From an uncultured Chitinophagaceae bacterium (GTDB lineage: Bacteria; Bacteroidota; Ignavibacteria; UBA10030; UBA8401), in contig CAZRWF010000010.1 of the NCBI GenBank assembly GCA_964603685.1, forward strand, positions 1 to 57,439: a DNA stretch of 57,439 nucleotides, written 5' to 3'. Positions within the stretch are counted from its first letter, which is position 1; each line of letters opens with the position of its first letter. The position numbers were made by a program, and so were the translations under genes. The notes beneath the pieces were generated by a model, which saw only the letters and a program-made list of their open reading frames with translations, ran no database searches and was not told where the DNA came from. Shown here in pieces: positions 51,601 through 57,439 of the stretch.

Positions 51601-51617
51601 AAAAGAGAACGGCGCAT
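48612..51617 (-). CDS. TonB-dependent receptor with N-terminal carboxypeptidase-regulatory-like domain
   Basis: GKISGTITD...LPGVNIIVEGT...GNYFILNIPPG; plug GGFAAEYGNAQAGVV; barrel PRLGLSFP, GNPNLRPKKT; terminal IGLGF. Confidence 0.92.
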   Translation of the reverse strand: MRRSLFFLTLPIVVCAGVLFSQSQKGKISGTITDERSGDPLPGVNIIVEGTKLGGISDIDGNYFILNIPPGNYSVTATLLGYARSTQTGVDIFIDRTTNLDFLLKESTVEFTEVVVVAQKPKIVRDQTSTAQTIDATQIRTAPVEGTRGALDLSASFQKTATGNYSVRGSGSYEVNFQINGVDQVNVSTSSPGSFGSDKANNSWKYDVNPIAVQQMQLISGGFAAEYGNAQAGVVKVVTKDGTPKFSGEVRLEYRPPGQYHFNKYLYDRSNYEWQKWGTFDKWWERRDALATELGLDSQNRYKYLFDRRNNSSADSAAYYSIVRRELEWAHGVWLKNHTPADDNPFGVYDYRQYAYNRILFGFGGPLGADPELLKFYLSGEYRKNPTRLPTPEKNQVFHNYILSVTYLPAANHKIKLMGMYQRYRGGIWSGSDDIRWSGIAFSPPGTSTKYYVTVDPVRTEQTTTQSINWVYTVNPQSFLEATVSHQYEKYELPYEFLYGYEQSADRLDSLYDRDGGVVLRDGQWWEKDYFRAPFNFSTNYFQDNRTDHTNISVDYTNQLLPTNLFKAGARFYYWDMTNTGVNSNFLANAYVSRTGFAEHYRAYPFTASLYIQDKMEYSGMVANLGVRLETYNFQVQTPVDLFNPYYQGESGSGIRGNPLTKTSELQYTVLPRLGLSFPVGENTAFRIQYGHFSSMPIFSQALSQRTENGWTGRGNPNLRPKKTINYEFGVQQVIRETHRLDVALYYNDRVSQVGLQTVAAYSGSINRPAGKTNDLTDLYYYTTYANNAYGATTGLEVTFEKIGISRWGYRLSYNLSQSTEGNYGDQTIYPANTNLVSRDYIGDYLSYSDRTHNLRALISYSLSNEEGAEILGLYPFENMNVGLTYSLQSGAPLTYVTSFDLKDVVNNRRYPLETLFDFSAQKSISLEGFSFLLGLRVMNLFNNKLLTPMDIRNDVADWIERGITMEDPGLDPNRISYRVAPYRAFRNIPRQIFLTIGLGF

Positions 51618-51638
51618 GGAGCGATGGGAAAGTGAGCA

Positions 51639-51664
51639 GCGCACCGGACCGGAATCCGGTGCGC
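51639..51664. other. Intergenic GC-rich stem-loop between the T9SS propeller gene and the TBDR gene
   Basis: 10-bp perfect stem GCGCACCGGA-ccggaa-TCCGGTGCGC, with no clear U-tract on the minus strand. Confidence 0.55.
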
Positions 51665-51672
51665 CGGTAAAA

Positions 51673-53106
51673 TCATTTTATCAACATCATTTTTTTGGTG
51701 TATGTACCAAGCGGAGTGATCAACGAATAAAAATAGACCCCCGACGGGAGTGCGCCGGCGGTAAAGACCTCGTTGTGTTTCCCGGCTTCCCGGTACCCCT
51801 CTGCGACGACGGCCACAGTCTGGCCGAGCGCATTAGACACCGTCAATTTTATGTTGCCGGAACGGGACAAGGTGTATCCGATCAATGTGGATGGGTTGAA
51901 CGGATTGGGATAGTTTTGCTGCAACGTGAACGAATGAGGGATATTTTTTTCCTCTTCCACAGAGGTGGTGGCGGTTGTGAACTTGTATTGATAAACCGAC
52001 CGGGTGTAAATATCGACTACGTACGCCGTGAGTGCATCCGGGGTTAAGGCGACATCTCCCGGCGCGCGCAGCGGTGCGCCGTTCGTGTCGGGATTGGCCC
52101 CGCTGTATTTGGAAGGAAGTTCATAACGTTCGGATGCGAACGAACCGCCGGCGACATCGAACGCCTTCACCCAGCGTTTGAGCGAATCGGTTCCGGCCAC
52201 CCAGAGCCGTTTATTTTTGTCGACGGTGATGCCGTACGGAATATTCGTCGAGAAGGTGAGATATCCGGTCAGATCCGCAACACGTTGGCTGGTGTAATTG
52301 GCGACACTGGTACCGGGAAATTGTTTACCCTCCGTCCAGCTGGCGATACCTCCCGTCACGTTCCCGTCCGACTGTGAATTACGCGAAGTGTACAACACCA
52401 TCGTCGAATCATAATAACTGCTCCCGGGAACGAGTGCCACATCACGAATCACATCCACACCGCCGGTGTGCGTGCCGCCGACTTCCACTTTACTTTCACC
52501 GATCCACGCGCCGCGGATCGGCGAGGTGATACTGTTGGTCAGATTATACGTTCGCACGAACGGACCCGGTCCACCCGCACCGGCGGTCACCCCGGTGAAA
52601 GCAATCGTGTCTTTCGACACCGCCACACCGTGGCTGAACGTTCCATGTCCGGGATTCGAAAAATAAAATCCGAACTTGGAGACTTTCGTCGTATCACCGT
52701 CGATATAATAGTACATGGAACTGACCGTACTCGGTTTCGACCGTTGGAAAGGAACGCTCGAATTGATGATAATGTCGTTATTCAGAGCCGAAATACCGCG
52801 GATGGAACCGATATTGCCGGTGAGAGTATCGGACTCTCCGTTTTTGTGGAAGTCGATCATCAATTTCATCACCGTGTCGGTGGAATCGGCGTAATAAATG
52901 GCATTGTGTGCTCCGACGGTCGTCGCGGCAGAGGTCGCCACATACAGCCGGCCGGATGCCGTCACCGTGCAGAGATACGGAACGGCAAACGAGGTGTCGC
53001 TCGCCGGAAACTTTATCTCCCGCATATACCGCCACTTGGGCAGCTGCGAATATGTAGAGGAAATCAACAGGACGGACAGCAGGACCAAAACATTGAAGCG
53101 TTTCAT
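51673..53106 (-). CDS. T9SS type A sorting domain protein with NHL-like beta-propeller
   Basis: AAGGAG SD; signal peptide; blades PYLCTVTASGRLYVA, PYGITVDKNKRLWVA, PGDVALTPD; canonical CTD LQQNYPNPFNPST...LPSGVYFYSL...KKMMLIK. Confidence 0.88.
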   Translation of the reverse strand: MKRFNVLVLLSVLLISSTYSQLPKWRYMREIKFPASDTSFAVPYLCTVTASGRLYVATSAATTVGAHNAIYYADSTDTVMKLMIDFHKNGESDTLTGNIGSIRGISALNNDIIINSSVPFQRSKPSTVSSMYYYIDGDTTKVSKFGFYFSNPGHGTFSHGVAVSKDTIAFTGVTAGAGGPGPFVRTYNLTNSITSPIRGAWIGESKVEVGGTHTGGVDVIRDVALVPGSSYYDSTMVLYTSRNSQSDGNVTGGIASWTEGKQFPGTSVANYTSQRVADLTGYLTFSTNIPYGITVDKNKRLWVAGTDSLKRWVKAFDVAGGSFASERYELPSKYSGANPDTNGAPLRAPGDVALTPDALTAYVVDIYTRSVYQYKFTTATTSVEEEKNIPHSFTLQQNYPNPFNPSTLIGYTLSRSGNIKLTVSNALGQTVAVVAEGYREAGKHNEVFTAGALPSGVYFYSLITPLGTYTKKMMLIK

Positions 53107-53143
53107 CGCAACTCCTTGAGGTTTTCGTGAGGAATGATATAAA

Positions 53144-53172
53144 ATGGTAGGGATTAATGGCGGAAAAAGCAA
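53144..53172 (-). promoter_or_regulatory. Putative sigma70 promoter of the T9SS/TBDR locus
   Basis: Minus strand TTGCTT-N17-TACCAT. Confidence 0.5.
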
Positions 53173-53267
53173 GTCGCCGATTATCGTTACGAGAAGTTGG
53201 GGTACATACCCGTATTTCAGTAAAAAAACAACAGAACGGAAGAGATCCCATGTTATTCCTTCCCAAT

Positions 53268-53289
53268 AAAAAAGGCGCCGAAGCGCCTT
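53268..53289 (-). terminator. Rho-independent terminator
   Basis: Minus strand AAGGCGC-TTCG-GCGCC followed by TTTTTT (cUUCGg tetraloop plus U-tract). Confidence 0.85.
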
Positions 53290-53316
53290 ATAAAGATATC
53301 CTTGGTGATGGTATTT

Positions 53317-53535
53317 CTATTGCTGCGGTGTCATCGAAATTTGCTTCAAAACATTTTTCGAATAACTCTTTTCTATTTTTTGCAGCACCGCAATAATGAT
53401 CACGGCAACGACAAAAAAGAGTTCGAGCGGAAGCATCAACAGCGCAATGGTGAATCCCGCAATAATGACCACCACCTTGAACAAGAGAACCGCATTGTGA
53501 CTCTGACGTAAAACAGTGGTATCGTTTTTGGTCAT
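53317..53535 (-). CDS. Small hypothetical membrane protein (72 aa)
   Basis: Hydrophobic hairpin; G-rich SD-like run upstream; a strong terminator 27 nt after the stop. Confidence 0.55.
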   Translation of the reverse strand: MTKNDTTVLRQSHNAVLLFKVVVIIAGFTIALLMLPLELFFVVAVIIIAVLQKIEKSYSKNVLKQISMTPQQ

Positions 53536-53696
53536 CCATTACCCCCCATAGTGTGAATTGTTTACCCTCAGTATAATTGAATTTACCATTTAGTCTGTGA
53601 CTAATATCATTGGAGGATGCAACCATCACTCGACATAGGTTTCAAATAAAAAAGGGGAAATTTCTTTCCGTTTTTTGTATCTTTAGTCAATATTTT

Positions 53697-56447
53697 ATGC
53701 TCACGAAACTCGACCGTCGCACCTTATTCATCATCGTTTTCTGTTTCCTCCTCATTGCTCCGTCGGCGGGCCAGGAAAAATCGTTGCGGATCACCCCTTC
53801 CGTTTCTTCATCGGGTATCGATTCCCTCTCAGGCATTTATTTTGCTCCGACACAACGGCCGAAAATTTGTCTCGTGTTGAGCGGCGGCGGTTCCCGCGGA
53901 TTTGCCCATTTGGGCGTCATCAAAGAACTGGAGCGCAACAATATCCCGATCGATTTTATCGTCGGCACCAGCATCGGCGGGATCATCGGCGGATTATATG
54001 CGTCCGGTTATTCGACCGATGATCTCCAACGTCTGGTCGATACCACCGATTGGGGATATATTCTCTCCCTCACGCAGGACAATGAACGTGAAGATCTCTA
54101 CCTCGCACACAAAGTATCGGCCGACCGGAAACAACTGACAGTCCGCTTCGACGGACTCACTCCGGTCCTCCCGTCGGCCATTTCCAGCGGACAGCGGCTG
54201 ACCAATTTTATCAATCAACTCACCCTGCAAAGCCTGTATCACCCCGTCCGCAATTTCGACGATCTGAAAATTCCGTTTCGTTGTGTGTCGACGGATCTGA
54301 TCTCCGGCACCCAAATGGTCTTTTCGTCAGGAAATCTCTCCGAAGCATTGCGGGCAAGCATATCGATTCCTTTGTTGTATCACCCGTTGAAAAAGGATTC
54401 TCTCTCGCTCACCGACGGCGGGTTGATCTCGAACATTCCGGTGGATGTGGCGCGGAAACTCGGCGCGGATATCATCATTGCGGTCAACACCGTCAGCCCG
54501 CTCCGCACGGCCGAACAACTCAACTATCCGTGGGAAGTCACCGACCAGATCGTCAACATCATGGCGCAGGAAAAGAACCGACGCTCGCTCGAAGAGGCGA
54601 CGATTGTCATCACTCCCGACCTCGGTTTTTATCCATCCGTCGATTTTTCCCAATTAAATTTTGTCGTACAACAGGGAGTGTATGCCGCCGGACAGCAGAT
54701 GAAGGCCCTTCGCGACAGCATACGATTCCGGCAGAACCGTTTGTGGACCGATCAGTCCCCCCTCACCTCCTTTTCGATGAATATCGGATCGGTGCGGGTC
54801 GATTCTGCGGTCGGACCGGATGAAAGAGCGATCTTCTCCCGCAATGGACGGAATGTCACGTCGCAACAATTACAACAGGCGGTCACCGCCGTGTATGCCG
54901 CCGGATGGTACTCCGAGGTGAGCGCCGACATTCGGTTCGCCGATACGTCCGCCGATGTTTCAATTTCCGCCCGACGAAATCCGGAATTGCGCCGGGTGAT
55001 GTTTCGGGAAAATTATTTGATTGATTCCGCAGCGCTGCACTCTCCGTTTGATTCCCTCGTCAACAAACCGCTGAACCTTCCGAAACTGCAGAAGGCGTTT
55101 GAACATCTGTTGTCCCGGTATCGCAGCGCCGGATATTCCCTCGCCCGCGTCCGGTCGACGTCGTTTGATTCCGCCAGCGGAACGTTGACCGTCACCCTTA
55201 ACGAAGGGAAGATCGCGAAGATCTATTTTCGCGGGAAAGAAACGACCCGGGACTGGGTGATCCGCCGGGAATTGGAGTTTCGCGACGGCGACCTCTTCAC
55301 GGTCGACAAAGGGAAACAAACGCTGGTGAACCTCTACGGCACAAACTTGTTCAATCAAGTATTGATGGATGTCAGCTTTGAGGATGCCGAACCGGTGATC
55401 ACCATCCACATGGATGAAAAACCGACGGAGGTTTCGCGGCTCGGATTCCGGCTGGACAATGAGCGAAATCTCCAGCCGTCGGTCGAGTTCCGGAACGAAA
55501 ACCTGCTCGGTACGGCGACCGAAGCCGGCGCCAGTTTCTCGGGGGGATTAAAAAACAGGAGGTATGTGGCTGATTTTCAGGCGAACCGGATCTTTAATTC
55601 GTACCTGACGTTCAACATGGACCTCTATTATGATGTCCGGGACATTTTCACCTACGAAAATGACCCGTTCCGCACGAACCGGAAGTCGTTCGACCGGTCT
55701 CGCGTGGGAGAGTACCGACAGATCCTCTACGGCGTTCTTTTCCAACTCGGGCAACAGGTGGAACGGCTGGGAACGGTGGACGTGGAATATAAACTTGAAG
55801 CGGACGAGATTAAATTTATTTCGGGACGCGGATATCAACCGGAAAAATTCACACTGCAGGCGATCCGGGTGAGTTCGACAATCGATTCCCGGGACCGGTA
55901 TCCGTTCGCCCGGAGCGGGTCGCTGTCGCATTTTTCGTGGGAGACCGCCATCTCCACACTGAAAAGCGTCGTCGGCGACGTCGGATATTCCAAAATCTAT
56001 TTTTCGTACGAAACGAATACCTCCTACGAACGATTTACGCTCCATCCGCGGCTCATCATCGGATTCGGCGATCAAACGCTTCCCCTGACGCAGCAGTTCG
56101 CCATGGGAGGCGAGGAATCGTTCTACGGATTGCGGGAATACAACACGCGCGGGCGGCAGATCTTTCTGACGAGTCTCGGGCTCCGAACCAAATTCCCTTT
56201 TACGCTCATATGGGATACCTACTTACGTTTGCGGTATGATTTCGGAAATCTCTGGCCGCAGCGTGAAGATATCCGCATCCGCGATTTTCATCACGGCATC
56301 GGAGCGGGGTTGTCGCTGGACACTCCCGCGGGCCCGGTGAATGTGTCGATCGGAAAAAGTTTTTATGTCCGTCGGGACCTGCTGGAACAACCGTTCACGC
56401 TCGGTCCGACGATCGCCTACTTCTCGCTCGGATATCCTCTTTTTTAA
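53697..56447 (+). CDS. Patatin-like phospholipase fused to POTRA domains and an Omp85 barrel (PlpD/type Vd-like)
   Basis: Signal peptide; LSGGGSRG, GTSIG (GxSxG), DGG; POTRA segments (RELEF...); terminal YFSLGYPLF. Confidence 0.88.
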   Translation: MLTKLDRRTLFIIVFCFLLIAPSAGQEKSLRITPSVSSSGIDSLSGIYFAPTQRPKICLVLSGGGSRGFAHLGVIKELERNNIPIDFIVGTSIGGIIGGLYASGYSTDDLQRLVDTTDWGYILSLTQDNEREDLYLAHKVSADRKQLTVRFDGLTPVLPSAISSGQRLTNFINQLTLQSLYHPVRNFDDLKIPFRCVSTDLISGTQMVFSSGNLSEALRASISIPLLYHPLKKDSLSLTDGGLISNIPVDVARKLGADIIIAVNTVSPLRTAEQLNYPWEVTDQIVNIMAQEKNRRSLEEATIVITPDLGFYPSVDFSQLNFVVQQGVYAAGQQMKALRDSIRFRQNRLWTDQSPLTSFSMNIGSVRVDSAVGPDERAIFSRNGRNVTSQQLQQAVTAVYAAGWYSEVSADIRFADTSADVSISARRNPELRRVMFRENYLIDSAALHSPFDSLVNKPLNLPKLQKAFEHLLSRYRSAGYSLARVRSTSFDSASGTLTVTLNEGKIAKIYFRGKETTRDWVIRRELEFRDGDLFTVDKGKQTLVNLYGTNLFNQVLMDVSFEDAEPVITIHMDEKPTEVSRLGFRLDNERNLQPSVEFRNENLLGTATEAGASFSGGLKNRRYVADFQANRIFNSYLTFNMDLYYDVRDIFTYENDPFRTNRKSFDRSRVGEYRQILYGVLFQLGQQVERLGTVDVEYKLEADEIKFISGRGYQPEKFTLQAIRVSSTIDSRDRYPFARSGSLSHFSWETAISTLKSVVGDVGYSKIYFSYETNTSYERFTLHPRLIIGFGDQTLPLTQQFAMGGEESFYGLREYNTRGRQIFLTSLGLRTKFPFTLIWDTYLRLRYDFGNLWPQREDIRIRDFHHGIGAGLSLDTPAGPVNVSIGKSFYVRRDLLEQPFTLGPTIAYFSLGYPLF

Positions 56448-57439
56448 TCCGACTTCTCCTTGAATCGTAGAACGCTGGCCGTCAACACCGCCAGACCCAT
56501 TCCCAGCAGCATCAACGCCTCAAACCACAACTGTTCGATTCCCGCACCTTTTAGAATAATCGACCGGATAGCGGTCAAATAATATTTCATCGGAATCAGC
56601 GCCGAGATCCATTGGAGCGGATCGGGCATGTTCTCCACCGGAAAAACGAATCCGGAAATGTACATCATCGGCAGCATGACGAAAAACATTCCCACCATCA
56701 TCGCCTGCTGCTGCGTTTTGGACACGGTCGAGACAAACAGTCCCAGTCCGAGCGACGTTAAAAGAAACAATCCGGACATCACATAGAGCAGAACAACACT
56801 GCCGCGAATCGGAATCGAAAAACCGAATGTCATCACCAGCAACGCCACCGACACCACGATGAGACCGATGACCGTGAACGGAATCAGTTTGCCGAGAATC
56901 AATTCCGCCGGACGCAGCGGCGTGACCATCAACTGTTCCAGCGTGCCGATCTCCTTCTCCTTCACGATGGCCATGGCGGTGAGATTGGTCGTGGTGATCA
57001 GCAGGATCAGCACAAGTATCCCCGGCACCATAAAATTCCTGCTGCGCAAACTCGGATTGTACCAGGCCCGGATCTCTGCCGAAACACCTCCCGGGGGCGA
57101 AGCACCGATCGTCGCGACAAGAATGGACTGTGAAAAACCGGCGATGATCTGCCGGGCGTATCCGGCGGCGATTGCCGTTGAATTTCCCTCACTGCCGTCC
57201 AAAATCAACTGCACCGATACCGGTTCGGATCGGATAAGGGAATTTCCGAATCCCGGAGGGATCACCAACGCCATCGCGGCATCGCTGTTGTCCAGATAGT
57301 GACGGAGGCCGCCGTACTCCTCCGTAGCATATTCTTGCGTAAAGTAGCCGGAGTTTGTAAACGAGCGGACAAAATCACGGCTCGGTTTGGTTTTGTCCAG
57401 ATCCGACAGTACAAAGGAGATATTCTTCACATCCAACGA
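56444..57439 (-). CDS. ABC-2 type transporter permease (YbhR/YbhS-like), 5' part outside the window
   Basis: WYNPSLRSRNFMVPG, AIVKEKEIGTLEQLMVTP, ELILGKLIP, SGFVFPVENMP. Confidence 0.92.
   Translation of the reverse strand, partial: SLDVKNISFVLSDLDKTKPSRDFVRSFTNSGYFTQEYATEEYGGLRHYLDNSDAAMALVIPPGFGNSLIRSEPVSVQLILDGSEGNSTAIAAGYARQIIAGFSQSILVATIGASPPGGVSAEIRAWYNPSLRSRNFMVPGILVLILLITTTNLTAMAIVKEKEIGTLEQLMVTPLRPAELILGKLIPFTVIGLIVVSVALLVMTFGFSIPIRGSVVLLYVMSGLFLLTSLGLGLFVSTVSKTQQQAMMVGMFFVMLPMMYISGFVFPVENMPDPLQWISALIPMKYYLTAIRSIILKGAGIEQLWFEALMLLGMGLAVLTASVLRFKEKSD

Noticed and set aside
53288-53629. 113-aa minus-strand ORF and 69-aa plus-strand ORF overlapping the 72-aa microprotein
   Set aside because: The 113-aa ORF ends inside the terminator stem and has random-looking composition. 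The 72-aa frame fits the SD, TM pattern and terminator spacing better.

Overview
A gene-dense, GC-rich chromosomal window, mostly on the minus strand. Gene content (T9SS C-terminal domains, a PorV-like barrel, a TonB-dependent receptor with an N-terminal carboxypeptidase-regulatory-like domain, a GWxTD protein) points to the FCB superphylum, most likely Ignavibacteria-like. This is inferred, not from a database search. About 56 CDS can be supported. Housekeeping genes include degP (partial), recO, mtnA, comEC, dtd, prmC, mazG, phoH, rnhB, rimO, cdsA, HU, obgE, ruvB, mpg and uvrA. No rRNA, tRNA, CRISPR array, transposase or integrase was seen. Three things stand out. (1) An apparent 16-gene, ~13.6 kb minus-strand operon (32054->18414) co-encodes a DGGGP-synthase-like UbiA prenyltransferase, an archaeal-type geranylgeranyl reductase with an adjacent 2x[4Fe-4S] ferredoxin, and an extended CdsA. 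Together these could form part of an archaeal-like ether-lipid pathway in a bacterium. (2) A SusD-less outer-membrane uptake locus (53106->44165) encodes a T9SS beta-propeller, a TonB-dependent receptor, a 690-aa protein with an atypical CTD, a PorV paralog and two beta-barrels. (3) An orphan acidic/basic protein (15247-15765) resembles the HARE-HTH domain of the Firmicute RNA polymerase delta subunit. Start codons were re-picked by hand from overlaps, SD sites and signal peptides. All family assignments are motif recognition by eye.
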